64,000 nucleotides of DNA from a virus (IMGVR_UViG_3300031414_000021:7790-71789); one strand, 5' to 3'. Counted from the first letter of the stretch, positions 27,554 through 37,502 are shown. Program-made: numbers and translations. Notes: generated from the letters alone by a model not told the origin.

Positions 27554-28311
27554 ACAACGAGCACACAGGTAGCCTGTGTCGGACAGCGGGACAGTTAAGT
27601 TCTTGTCTGTTCTATCTGCGCAATGCCAGTCGCATTGAAGAATTTGCGACACTGTACCCAGTTCCCTGGCTTCCTAAGGCGAAAGACAAAACTGATCACT
27701 ACTGGCATCAGGTGATTCACTCTTTCATTCGTCGTATTGAATGGCAACTTCATCGACCTCTGACAAACCAGTTCCGCTCTGGCGTCAACGATATTCACGC
27801 ACTTTACGCCCGACACCGTGCTAACTATCTGATTGAGTTTCCTGAGCAGGAAGACGCTGTTTACTCTATGCAGATGCCTCCAATGGTTGATGCTCCTGAA
27901 ATGCCCGTGATGCTGATCGAGCGTGAAGGTGTTACGTTGGACGATTCTGAGGCATTCAACGACGAGTTCTACCGCACGTATTTCAGTGCTGTTGTTGATC
28001 AGGTAGAGGCATACATCTGGATGTGCCAAATTGATCGTGTCACTCAACAGGGTCGTGCTGTAGACCTGCCTGTCGTGTTCGAGCCTGCTGACTTGAACTA
28101 CGCCTTAGGCTGGCAGGCAATTGAACCTCTGTCCGTGAGTTTGATGCGCATCATGTTATCAAACGATAGTGAGCGCAATCAGGTGCGTCCAACTCTAGGC
28201 CTGTATGGGCCAAAGATCATGATCAAACGTCTTGCTGTTCTCGGCGACGTTATGGAAGTTTGGTTAAAAGAAAGAACTCGTATTCGTCGGGAGCAACGCA
28301 ATGAGCAGTGA
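27550..28311 (+). CDS. hypothetical protein (paralog of 26816-27553)
   Basis: ATGA overlap. Confidence 0.7.
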   Translation: MNNEHTGSLCRTAGQLSSCLFYLRNASRIEEFATLYPVPWLPKAKDKTDHYWHQVIHSFIRRIEWQLHRPLTNQFRSGVNDIHALYARHRANYLIEFPEQEDAVYSMQMPPMVDAPEMPVMLIEREGVTLDDSEAFNDEFYRTYFSAVVDQVEAYIWMCQIDRVTQQGRAVDLPVVFEPADLNYALGWQAIEPLSVSLMRIMLSNDSERNQVRPTLGLYGPKIMIKRLAVLGDVMEVWLKERTRIRREQRNEQ

Positions 28312-28855
28312 AATCGTAGCAAATCTGATTCCAACTATTAAAGCCGTGGCCAGCGCTGTTAGCTTTGAGTGTGACGTAACTAATCGTCCATCTGGCATGA
28401 TTCCTATGTCTGCTGAACTTGATGACAACGGTGACAAGCCCACATTCGGTTACCACATGGGTAACGCAGAAGTTGGTCAGGGTAAACATCATGTTCAAGA
28501 CATTCTGATCTATCCACGTAAAGACTTTGATTACGTGGCGGAACACAGTCGTACTGTTGGCGAACTCAACATCGAAGCTATTACAAAAATCGGTGCTGAG
28601 ATCTTACGCCCGTTGGTTCAGGCCCGTCAGATTGATGCAACTGCTCGTAGCTTTACCGCACCTGATGGCCGTTCGGGCACATTCATTCGCGTATTCCGCG
28701 CCTCAGATTACCCATGCAGTGAGCATCCTGAAATGCTGCTGGGTCAACCTCTGGGCCAATATCATTGTCCTGCCTGTGGCGAAATGCAGATGGCAGGTTG
28801 TTTCCACTTACCCCGAGAATTTGATGATGAAGGTAACCCTACCAATCAGCAATAG
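28301..28855 (+). CDS. hypothetical protein with C-terminal Cys/His cluster
   Basis: CSEH...HCPACG..CFH. Confidence 0.7.
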   Translation: MSSEIVANLIPTIKAVASAVSFECDVTNRPSGMIPMSAELDDNGDKPTFGYHMGNAEVGQGKHHVQDILIYPRKDFDYVAEHSRTVGELNIEAITKIGAEILRPLVQARQIDATARSFTAPDGRSGTFIRVFRASDYPCSEHPEMLLGQPLGQYHCPACGEMQMAGCFHLPREFDDEGNPTNQQ

Positions 28856-29321
28856 TTCCGCACAAGATAGTGCTGGTGGCTATTGGGAAGTAATGCCCGA
28901 CGGTCCGTCTGAGCAACTCCTGCGACAGATTGCCAGTTCTATCATGGACACTGATGACTTGCATGACCTGCACGTTACTTTGGCTTATGATAACCGCAAC
29001 CCTGTTGTTGCTGCCCAGCCCAATCCTGATGCAGAGTTCACTGCGACTATCAAGGGCGTAGCCTTGTTTGGTGGCGAAGAAGCTGTGCTGGTATTGCTGC
29101 TGGACAGTCCTGACCTGCAGGCTGAGCATGATCGCATCCATGCTTGCGGCTGTGCTAACTTCGACTTCAAACCGTATCAGCCTCATGTGAGTCTCAAGTA
29201 CGGCGCACAACAACGTGATTTGGACTTCCTGCAAGATTGGTTGCTCAAGCCTGGTACTCCTCCTATCGATTTGCTGTTCACTGGTGAGCATCAAGAGCCA
29301 ATCGACAACGACGCTCGATAG
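28824..29321 (+). CDS. 2H phosphoesterase (T4 gp57B/Acb1-like candidate)
   Basis: Two HxT/S motifs, LHVTLAY and PHVSLKY; about 165 aa. Confidence 0.8.
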   Translation: MMKVTLPISNSSAQDSAGGYWEVMPDGPSEQLLRQIASSIMDTDDLHDLHVTLAYDNRNPVVAAQPNPDAEFTATIKGVALFGGEEAVLVLLLDSPDLQAEHDRIHACGCANFDFKPYQPHVSLKYGAQQRDLDFLQDWLLKPGTPPIDLLFTGEHQEPIDNDAR

Positions 29322-29374
29322 TAATATATAACGGTGGCCCTGTGCCGCCGTTTTCACATTCTAGGAGAAATTCT

Positions 29375-29689
29375 ATGGAAATCATTATCAGCCTCAGCAA
29401 CACAGAACTCAATCCACAGCCTGACCTCACGCCTCAAGCCCGTGCTGCTAATGACCGTGCAGAGCGTGAGCGTCTTGAGCAGGAGTATGCGGGTGAAGAT
29501 ATGACTGAGAAAGAGATTCAGAAAAAGGAAGAAGATCTCAAGGAACAGGAAGAGCAGCGCAAGAAAGATGACCCAGCAGCCCTGCCTCGTGAAATGCCCA
29601 AAGACATTGGTCTGCCTAAATTTAAAGAAACAGACACCGCCACCAGCATCACCAATCGACACGACAATTTGCCTGAGGCTAAGATCTAA
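29375..29689 (+). CDS. ISLS-motif charged protein (MEIIISLS)
   Basis: AGGAG RBS; E/K-rich. Confidence 0.75.
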   Translation: MEIIISLSNTELNPQPDLTPQARAANDRAERERLEQEYAGEDMTEKEIQKKEEDLKEQEEQRKKDDPAALPREMPKDIGLPKFKETDTATSITNRHDNLPEAKI

Positions 29690-29739
29690 AACTGTAAATA
29701 TGCTGTAACGAAAAGCACATCGCAGAAGGCATCTGTCGT

Positions 29740-30783
29740 ATGAAGAATAAGTCCAATCTCACAGGTGGCCAGATAGAAAACGTGATGGACACGCTGCTCC
29801 ACGATTGTCTCCGCGAGATTGTAGAGAACACCGGCGTGTTCGACGTACAACTGACCTACCTGCTGAGCTTGATTACGTCAAACAAGAAACGCAAGCCGCA
29901 CAACGCTGCTAACCGTGATCGAGCAATCAGCCTTTTGATTCGTGCGCTTAGCGTCCCACGCGATCAAAAGATGCAGTACATTATGGAAGTGAAGATGGAA
30001 CGAAATTTCATCTACATGTTCCTGCAAAATGTAATTAACCGGTACTACCAACCGTATGTTGATTTGTATCGCAAGTATCTTGTTGTTCAAGACCCTGTTC
30101 AACGCACGCGCTATCAGGCACAGCTTGATGCCTACGTCCGAACTGTGGGTGCTGAGTCGCGCTCCAAGCTGTTTGTCGCACTCAACAACCTCAACGATCT
30201 CCTGCCTGTGTTCATGAGTTACTTCCACACTGTGGTCGATGACTTTTACCGACTGTGTACACAGCACGCAAAATTTTATGTTGATACCAACAGGGGCAAG
30301 CAGTACGACTCCAAAGACGTGCGACAGAACTTCCTGCGCAACGTTATCATTGCTATCAACAAGTATGACTCCTCTCGCGGTGCGATTGTGAGTTACGTTA
30401 AGTGGTGGATTCTGAATGCGCAAACGTGCAGTAGTTCAGAACATGAGTATGGTATCGCATACACCATTCCTCAGACCCAGCGCAAGAAACTTGCATCTGG
30501 ACAAGACACCACATCAGTGAATTTCTCGGTTAGTCTGGACGCACCAGCATCTGAATCGGATGAGGGTATGGACGCATCCCTTCATCACAAGGTAAGTGAC
30601 AGTCACCACCTTGAAGATACAGTGGACAGCGGCCGACGTGCTGAGAAAATTGGGCTGTTGATCAAACGCATCGATCCCATGGGCATCGCTCGCCTCACAA
30701 TGGACATACCTGAGGTGTTCGAGCCAGAAGAACGACAACACATGCGAAATCACATGCTCAAACAGGGCCTGTTAAACAAATAG
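29740..30783 (+). CDS. phage RNA polymerase sigma-70-like factor
   Basis: Region-2-like NVIIAINKYDSSRGAIVSYVKWWI; region-3-like SVSLDAP. Confidence 0.75.
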   Translation: MKNKSNLTGGQIENVMDTLLHDCLREIVENTGVFDVQLTYLLSLITSNKKRKPHNAANRDRAISLLIRALSVPRDQKMQYIMEVKMERNFIYMFLQNVINRYYQPYVDLYRKYLVVQDPVQRTRYQAQLDAYVRTVGAESRSKLFVALNNLNDLLPVFMSYFHTVVDDFYRLCTQHAKFYVDTNRGKQYDSKDVRQNFLRNVIIAINKYDSSRGAIVSYVKWWILNAQTCSSSEHEYGIAYTIPQTQRKKLASGQDTTSVNFSVSLDAPASESDEGMDASLHHKVSDSHHLEDTVDSGRRAEKIGLLIKRIDPMGIARLTMDIPEVFEPEERQHMRNHMLKQGLLNK

Positions 30784-30835
30784 GAATCTGTAAACAGTAG
30801 CACAAGCAGATTCTACTCAATATTGAGGATTTAAG

Positions 30836-32119
30836 ATGGGACGCGGATTTGATTCCATTCCAGACAAGAGCAGTCGTGACAATGTGCGCGAAACTGACAT
30901 GTTTGAAGTTTATCAGTTAAACAAGAAAGCGAAAGATACATGGGTAACCCTACGCTTTCTGCCAGGTGATCTGCTGCCAATTAAAAAGCACTGGATCAAA
31001 ATCATGGGTGGTAAGGACAAAGACAAGGAACTTAAAATTCCTCGTATGTGCGTCAACTTTAACCCTGATGACAAAGCTCCGCTGCGTGACATGAAGTGTC
31101 CGTACTGTGCGCTTGACCACGGCAACGATGAGTCTGGTGCACCGGCGCAGTATGATTTCAAATGGTGGACTCAGGCGATTGTTCGTGACGAGCAGGCCAG
31201 TGCTCCACGCAAGCAGCCGAAACGCACCAAAGGCGAGCTGAAAACAGGCAAGAAAGAAAAGGCCAGTGATAGCTGGACGCCTGTGTACTGTATTCCACTG
31301 ACCAACAGTCAGGCAGGCATGATTCGTACCATGGGCGAACGTAACTTTGCTCAGGTAAAAGATAAAAAGTCTGGCCAGAAAGTTAAAACTGCATTCCCAA
31401 TCACTGATGCCAAGTACGGTCTGGACATTGATATCAAATATGTCCCAAGCAACCCGCCGACCAACCGTTATGTGATGGAGAAAGGCGAACGTACTCCTCT
31501 GACCGAAGAAGAACGTGATTACCTCACGTGGGACTTCTCCGATTGGGAAGGCATCTACGACGCGCTGGGCCGTCTCAACGAAGCAGACGCAATGACTGAC
31601 TTCAAAAAGATGGACGTGATCGGTACCAACTCTGATTCTGATGATGACGACGATGACGATGATGACAGCATGAGCCTTGGCAAGAAAAAGAAAGGCAAAG
31701 GCAAAGGCAAAGGCAAAGGCAAAGACTCATCGGCCAAGTCTGGCAAAAAACGTCGCGCCCTCGATGATGACGACGAGGACGATGATGACGACGAAGACGA
31801 AGATGATCGTCCGTCGAAAAAGAAAAAGTCCACCAAGTCTAAGCGTCTGCTGGACGATGATGAAGATGATGACGATGATGAGGACGAAGATGATCGTCCT
31901 AAGAAGAAGAAGAAAAAGTCTTCTGACAAATCATCCAAGTCTTCTAAGTCGGCCAAGTCTTCCAAGAAGAAGCGCTCAGACGATGATGACGATGATGAAG
32001 ATGATGAGCCGAAGAAGAAAAAGAAATCTTCGGACAAGTCGTCTAAGTCTTCGGTGAAGAAAAAGAAAAAGTCTTCTGATGACGACGAGCCAGTCAAGAA
32101 GAAGAAAAAGAAAAAGTAA
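30836..32119 (+). CDS. putative single-stranded DNA-binding protein with blocky D/E-K tail
   Basis: LRFLPG..W..H, CP.C, directly upstream of recA; C-terminal 160+ aa of alternating acidic and Lys blocks. Confidence 0.6.
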   Translation: MGRGFDSIPDKSSRDNVRETDMFEVYQLNKKAKDTWVTLRFLPGDLLPIKKHWIKIMGGKDKDKELKIPRMCVNFNPDDKAPLRDMKCPYCALDHGNDESGAPAQYDFKWWTQAIVRDEQASAPRKQPKRTKGELKTGKKEKASDSWTPVYCIPLTNSQAGMIRTMGERNFAQVKDKKSGQKVKTAFPITDAKYGLDIDIKYVPSNPPTNRYVMEKGERTPLTEEERDYLTWDFSDWEGIYDALGRLNEADAMTDFKKMDVIGTNSDSDDDDDDDDDSMSLGKKKKGKGKGKGKGKDSSAKSGKKRRALDDDDEDDDDDEDEDDRPSKKKKSTKSKRLLDDDEDDDDDEDEDDRPKKKKKKSSDKSSKSSKSAKSSKKKRSDDDDDDEDDEPKKKKKSSDKSSKSSVKKKKKSSDDDEPVKKKKKKK

Positions 32120-32128
32120 TGTGACCAA

Positions 32129-32158
32129 CAGGGGTGGCTAGCGCCGCCCCTTTGTTTT
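32129..32158 (+). terminator. intrinsic terminator
   Basis: AGGGGTGGC...GCCGCCCCT followed by a T-rich tract. Confidence 0.65.
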
Positions 32159-32180
32159 TCTCAACCGAGTAATCGACGAC

Positions 32181-34739
32181 ATGGCAAAAGCTAAAGCGAA
32201 AGCGAAACCAGAAAAAGAAACGAAAGAGAAAAAGGTCAAGAAGCCGAAGAAGACGGCTGTGGCAAGTGCCATTGAATTGGACCAGATTGAAAAAGTAGTT
32301 GGGTTTGATATTGGCAGCCTCATGGATGATGAGCTGGACTATATCGAGAAGAAAGTAAAAATCAGTTCGCAGGATGCAGCACGCTTTGCATTGCGCGTAT
32401 CAACAGGTCAGCTTGCACTGGACATGTTCCTCTCAGGCGGTATCGTACCTGGTGGCTGGTACACATTCAGCGGCGGTGAGCAGTCCTGTAAATCAACTCT
32501 GACCATGAGCATCATGGCAAGTCTGATCAAGTTGGCATACACTGGTATCAGTGCTGTGTTCGACTACGAAGGTTCAACTGATGCCGAATACGTTGCGGGC
32601 CAGCTCAAAACGTTTGGTGTTAGTGTTGACGCTAAAACAATCTTTGGCGTGCGTGACCCAGACGATGAGAAGCGCTGGCTGATCAAACCAAAAATCCGTT
32701 ACTACGCACCAGAGAACGGTACGCGCTTCTTTGACTTTATGTCCATGCTGCGTCGTCGCCTTCCCAAGAAGATTGTGGAGAAAGACGGCACTGCTTGGTT
32801 GTACTTTGAGAACAACAAAGAGAACGCCAAGAAAGTCGCTGGTCAGTATGACAAGAAGTGGTTCAGTGCGCACAACGAATTCAAAGTTAAGGCAAACGAC
32901 AGCCACATGCAGGCGATTGCTATCGTTGACTCCTATCCTGCAATGCTGCCAGACCAGCTGGATGATGATGAAGGTTCAAACGCGATGGCTATTCAGGCGC
33001 GTATGTTCAGTGATGGCATCAAGCGTTTCCGTGGCGGTATGCGTAGCAAGATGATCACAGTCGTTGGCGTTAACCAGTTGCGTCAAAAGCCTGCGACAAT
33101 GTTCGGCAGCCCTGAGTATGAGCCGTGCGGTGACGCGTTGAAGTTCTATTGCTTTGACGAAGCCACACAGATTCGTACCAACTATGGCACCTTAACTGCG
33201 CCTCAGATTCAAGAAATTCTCGACAACCCTACCAAGCAACATGATCGTCCACTTCTGGTGGAAACGCAGCATGGCTTTGAGCCAATCATGAAAGCGTGGC
33301 AGGTAGAAGAAGAACGTCTGGTCATGAGCCTTGAGACTGCAAGCCGTAGTTATATCGGCAGCGATCAGCATCGCCAGTTGGTGTTTATCCACGACACTAC
33401 AGATGCAGATGAGCCAGCACTGCGTACAGAGTTCCGTACTCTGGCACAGATTGCAGCTCAACAGGCGTATCGTGAAATCTACGCGGTGATGCGCATTCCA
33501 AGTCCTGGCGAGATTCGCCTGCATGGCGCAGCGGCTGCTGACGCATCAAGCCGTTACGTGCTCCAGTTCATGCGCGATGCAGCACGCAGCAACATGATCA
33601 ACGTTGCGTCTGGCTATCAAGTTGTCTGCACGGACATTAAAACAGAAGCAGGCCACCAGCAAGCTGTTATCAATAGCTTGGCTGACGTTGGTGTTATTGC
33701 ACAAGCACGGGGCACCGATAGTGTTACTGTTCCTGGCCTGAGCTTTGCAACACTGCGTAACATCCTGCAGAATCGTTGCACCACAGAGAAGTCACAGTTG
33801 GTTCAGCGTAGCGTGATGTTCCATCTGGCTATCAACGACGTGTTCCCAGACCTCAGTGAGTTTCTTGCTGATTACAACATGGAAGTCAACGCTGAGGAAG
33901 CATCTTACTTTGGTGCTGATGGTGTTGAAGACCAGTTCATCTATCTGGCAGATGACACAAGTCTGGAACTCGCACTGCATGGTCTGTTGCAGCGTAGCAT
34001 TGGGTCCAAGCATTACGACAACTACGAAGAGATCAGCCGCCAGTCTGCGTACATCGAAGACCTGGTGACCTTCGAAGGTCAGAGCTTCCCAATCTCCTGC
34101 CGTGTCCGTACTGTTGAGAAAGAGATCGCTGACAAGACTCGCCTGTGGGATGTTACTGTCCCAAGCACCAGCATCATTGTTACCAACGGCTTTGTAAGCC
34201 ACAACAGCGATGTGCGTATCCGTCTTGCATCGCGTGCTGTGCCTGCTGGCTGGACAACGCTGAAAGACGAGCGTGGTATTGTTGGTGAGAAGTCTGTGAC
34301 AGTTGAAGGCGGTACTGACCGCTATCGCTTTATCGCAGCCAAGACTATCAAGAACAAGATGGGTGGTATCCCTAACCAGCAGACGTGGATGCGACTGTGG
34401 GAAGCAGATGGTAACGGTGAAGCACGCGGCTTTGACCCCGTGTTCGACACATGGCACTATCTGAAAACTCTGGGCCTGATTCAGGGTGTGCGCAAGCGCT
34501 TCAAGATTAAAGCGCCATGCCCACTTGCCTCTGACAAGCCTATGGATTGGGATCAGTTCCGTACGCTGATCAACGGCAGCAAAAAGCAAATCGCCGAAGT
34601 GTGTGGTCAATTGGGTGTTAAGCCTGCTGGACTGCGTGCGTGGTGTTTCAAATTCATCGTCAGCGAGAAAGGTAGTGCAATGCTGAAAGACAGTATCAGC
34701 CGCAGTACCAAAGGCGGTGACGACGAAGCTGACGACTAA
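32181..34739 (+). CDS. recA: RecA/UvsX recombinase containing an intein
   Basis: GGEQSCKST (Walker A variant), IVDS, QARMFS, NQLR, ALKFY|intein|SDVRI, KNK. Confidence 0.9.
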   Translation: MAKAKAKAKPEKETKEKKVKKPKKTAVASAIELDQIEKVVGFDIGSLMDDELDYIEKKVKISSQDAARFALRVSTGQLALDMFLSGGIVPGGWYTFSGGEQSCKSTLTMSIMASLIKLAYTGISAVFDYEGSTDAEYVAGQLKTFGVSVDAKTIFGVRDPDDEKRWLIKPKIRYYAPENGTRFFDFMSMLRRRLPKKIVEKDGTAWLYFENNKENAKKVAGQYDKKWFSAHNEFKVKANDSHMQAIAIVDSYPAMLPDQLDDDEGSNAMAIQARMFSDGIKRFRGGMRSKMITVVGVNQLRQKPATMFGSPEYEPCGDALKFYCFDEATQIRTNYGTLTAPQIQEILDNPTKQHDRPLLVETQHGFEPIMKAWQVEEERLVMSLETASRSYIGSDQHRQLVFIHDTTDADEPALRTEFRTLAQIAAQQAYREIYAVMRIPSPGEIRLHGAAAADASSRYVLQFMRDAARSNMINVASGYQVVCTDIKTEAGHQQAVINSLADVGVIAQARGTDSVTVPGLSFATLRNILQNRCTTEKSQLVQRSVMFHLAINDVFPDLSEFLADYNMEVNAEEASYFGADGVEDQFIYLADDTSLELALHGLLQRSIGSKHYDNYEEISRQSAYIEDLVTFEGQSFPISCRVRTVEKEIADKTRLWDVTVPSTSIIVTNGFVSHNSDVRIRLASRAVPAGWTTLKDERGIVGEKSVTVEGGTDRYRFIAAKTIKNKMGGIPNQQTWMRLWEADGNGEARGFDPVFDTWHYLKTLGLIQGVRKRFKIKAPCPLASDKPMDWDQFRTLINGSKKQIAEVCGQLGVKPAGLRAWCFKFIVSEKGSAMLKDSISRSTKGGDDEADD
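33150..34205 (+). mobile_element. intein (352 aa) at the ALKFY/S site of RecA
   Basis: Starts CFDEAT, block B SDQH, ends WDVTV...NGFVSHN followed by Ser; no intact LAGLIDADG motif seen. Confidence 0.9.
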
Positions 34740-34778
34740 TCGTGTGGGCAGGGACGCCCAACCAATAGGAGCAACAAC

Positions 34779-35156
34779 GTGGAAAAGATTTATCCTGACC
34801 AAATCGGTTATCTGGGTACCATCAAGCAAAGCATCGATAAAGGTACTATGCAGCGTGACCTGACCATTCGTACCATGCTTGACATTGAGCAGGCGATTGA
34901 CCTCGGGCCTGATTATAAAGGCAGTAAGGTATTCATCGTCGGCATGAATGTTATGCCTGAGATTGCCGACAAGCTGATCAACCATTTCGATCCCACTGAG
35001 CTGGTTGCTGATATTCAGCGTGGCTATCTCGGTCAAGTGTTGGGTCTGCCTGTGCTGGCCACTGGTGCAGTACCTGCGGACAGTGTGAGCTGTGCCCTGT
35101 TGTTGCCTGATGAAGATATCCATATCATCGGTGCAGTAATGTCTGTAGTAGTCTAA
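34779..35156 (+). CDS. hypothetical protein
   Basis: GTG start after AGGAG. Confidence 0.65.
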   Translation: MEKIYPDQIGYLGTIKQSIDKGTMQRDLTIRTMLDIEQAIDLGPDYKGSKVFIVGMNVMPEIADKLINHFDPTELVADIQRGYLGQVLGLPVLATGAVPADSVSCALLLPDEDIHIIGAVMSVVV

Positions 35157-35203
35157 ATCTAAATCAAACCCGTCTCGATAGCCCAAAGTGGCAGGAGAAT
35201 TTC

Positions 35204-35950
35204 ATGAACGTAATCCAAGTCAAATCAAATGAAGTATTCGAAGGCATGTTACACGGCTACATGCACAAAGGCCTCAACGATGCACAACAGGATCAGCGCA
35301 ATAACCACACGCCGCCTGATGTGATTTATATCAGTACCAGTGATCGCGCCGCTGACTTTGAAGTGCGTGGCATCTTGCGTAAGAGCACGATACCAGACAA
35401 CTTTATCGTGTCCGGCTATTCGAGTTTGCAGGTGCGTGTGCGCGGTCGTTCGCTGAATGATACCTCAGTGTTTATCTCGCCTGAATGTTTGCACGTTGAC
35501 CGTGACTTGCTTACTGGTAGTCTTGCCGAGCTTATTGAGCACCGTACTGCCCACAAGTGGGTTGAAGTATCCACGATGATCGTTCACGGTCCGAGCAGTC
35601 ACTGTATGCCTGAAGGCCTGCAGGAGCGTTTGTATCAGAACTATCTCGGACGTAATCCAATGTTCCATCAGGGCATTGTGGACATGCGTAGTAACACAAC
35701 ACCAGAACAGTTTGCGGAGTTGGTGGCGGAAACTGCCACATTAAAATCACCGCAGCAAAAACGCATTCGCGCACCTCTGTATTTTGGTGATGAGTTTATG
35801 TCACTTGACATGAAGCAGTTCTATAAGGACCTGCTTGTGTTGCACCCGCGTATGCCTGCAGGCGATAGTCTTGTGTTTAGTCCTGCGCTGTTGTTCCGTG
35901 TTTACTCTGCGGCAATCTCCTATCTGCGTCTGCCGATAACAACACTGTAA
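35204..35950 (+). CDS. hypothetical protein
   Basis: AGGAG RBS. Confidence 0.7.
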   Translation: MNVIQVKSNEVFEGMLHGYMHKGLNDAQQDQRNNHTPPDVIYISTSDRAADFEVRGILRKSTIPDNFIVSGYSSLQVRVRGRSLNDTSVFISPECLHVDRDLLTGSLAELIEHRTAHKWVEVSTMIVHGPSSHCMPEGLQERLYQNYLGRNPMFHQGIVDMRSNTTPEQFAELVAETATLKSPQQKRIRAPLYFGDEFMSLDMKQFYKDLLVLHPRMPAGDSLVFSPALLFRVYSAAISYLRLPITTL

Positions 35951-35998
35951 ATATAAGAGGCGATCTTCGGGTCGCCTTTTTACTTTCAAGGACTAGAC

Positions 35999-37039
35999 AT
36001 GTACAAACACAGTTTCAATAGACGTGAGCACCAACGCTTCCAAACAGATCTAAAGCCTCGTATGCGATTGATGTTGGGTCGCTTTGAGGACTACCTCAGC
36101 GATAACAAAGGTAAACTTGATCCGTCAGGTGTGTTGCTGGATGAGTTCGCAGGTTGGGGAGCAAACGCCGCAACTCGCTATCTACTACAGAATCTGAACC
36201 CAACCCTCCTCAGAAACTTTGCTTACATCTATGGTCAATTCTTTTGGCAGTTCTCTAAGTTGGAACTCTGTATTCACGATGAGATAGTTGATCACATTGT
36301 TCAGTCCGATCCGCCTAGCAGAATGCCTGCCGAGATTCTCAGACGACTGCCCTACATCAGCCAGTGGATTCAAGCACCCATCGGCATTGATGTTAGTGAG
36401 TTCCCTAGTGAAAAGGAACTGCACGAGAAACAGCCTACGTTCTATTTTCCTGGCGCGTTTGTCTCTTACTACAGGCTTGACTGTGGTCGTCGCGTTATGA
36501 GCATGACCTGTTCTGTCCTGTGTGGTGCAGCCCAACTGGTTGATCCCGAAAATGCCATGTATGCTTCTGTGATGGTCTATGTTGATGAAGATTTTAACTC
36601 TTCCGGCACAGGTCAAATGAGTGCTGCAATGGTTAACATCAACAGGAGCATCAAAGACAAATCAACGATTGCCATAATCGACGGAGCTGTGGAGCGTTGG
36701 GCGAAGCAAATGTTGAGTTGCATTCTGTTTGTGTGCTCACAGGAAGATACCTTGTTGAAGGGAGGCGCTACTGGCCATCGTTCTACCAAAACAAATCCCA
36801 ACAGCTACAAACTGGCTATTGCAGCCAAACCACGATCGATTGTTGTTGGTCAGGAGTTTGTGGAAGAAGTGAAGAAGTTTGAGCGTGAGCAAGCAGATAG
36901 TGTTTCTTTCTCTGGTCGTCGCGCACACATGCGTCGTGGTCACTACCACAACTTCTGGACTGGACCCAAAGCAGGTCCTAGACGTTTGGTGTGTAAATGG
37001 CTGCCTCCAACGGTAGTCAGAGGAACCTTGGCAGACTAA
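35999..37039 (+). CDS. hypothetical protein with C-terminal HxRRGH..W..W.PP motif
   Basis: RAHMRRGHYHNFWTG...KWLPPTVV; CTGTAAATA upstream. Confidence 0.75.
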   Translation: MYKHSFNRREHQRFQTDLKPRMRLMLGRFEDYLSDNKGKLDPSGVLLDEFAGWGANAATRYLLQNLNPTLLRNFAYIYGQFFWQFSKLELCIHDEIVDHIVQSDPPSRMPAEILRRLPYISQWIQAPIGIDVSEFPSEKELHEKQPTFYFPGAFVSYYRLDCGRRVMSMTCSVLCGAAQLVDPENAMYASVMVYVDEDFNSSGTGQMSAAMVNINRSIKDKSTIAIIDGAVERWAKQMLSCILFVCSQEDTLLKGGATGHRSTKTNPNSYKLAIAAKPRSIVVGQEFVEEVKKFEREQADSVSFSGRRAHMRRGHYHNFWTGPKAGPRRLVCKWLPPTVVRGTLAD

Positions 37040-37116
37040 GAATAATCTTAGACCTTTTCTCTAATTTGTAGAGCAGGCAAGAAGTGCCGGCATACTATTA
37101 ATTGGGGATTACCTTT

Positions 37117-37386
37117 ATGTGTCAAAGAACTCTGGAACGCCTGCGTTACCATTCGCGTAATGCTAGTTGGATAAACCGAACGCCCGAGCCGCTGTCATTG
37201 AAACGTCATGCTGCTCAGGTAGACTGCGGACAGTTCACAACAGCAGTCAAAGGATGCCGTACGGTTCAACTCTCGCCACACTTAGTCAACTTCTATCAAG
37301 GCCAAGATCTTGTAGGTCAAAGCGTTTGGCATCAAAGTCCTGAAGGCGACACTGAACTACAATTCCGTCTTCTCGCAGCACACTAA
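37117..37386 (+). CDS. hypothetical protein
   Basis: ORF track; followed by a terminator-like stem. Confidence 0.5.
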   Translation: MCQRTLERLRYHSRNASWINRTPEPLSLKRHAAQVDCGQFTTAVKGCRTVQLSPHLVNFYQGQDLVGQSVWHQSPEGDTELQFRLLAAH

Positions 37387-37502
37387 TAAAAACAACACAC
37401 AGCAACCTGATAAGGGCTGCCAGAGACATTGTGCTTTGGCGCCCTTTTCTCGTTTTGACGATAATTTTTGCCTACGATAAGACACGAGTATATGGAGCCC
37501 AG

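Noticed and set aside
31555-32097. Long antisense and alternative-frame ORFs over low-complexity genes (also 23505-23852, 49864-51252, 33792-35186, 760-1542)
   Set aside because: They are shadows of real genes with biased codons, have no RBS, and give Ser/Phe-rich nonsense translations.
3135-37070. CTAATTT motif upstream of a few genes (3135, 14703, 37060) as a third promoter class
   Set aside because: Too few and too AT-rich to distinguish from chance by eye; needs genome-wide motif statistics.
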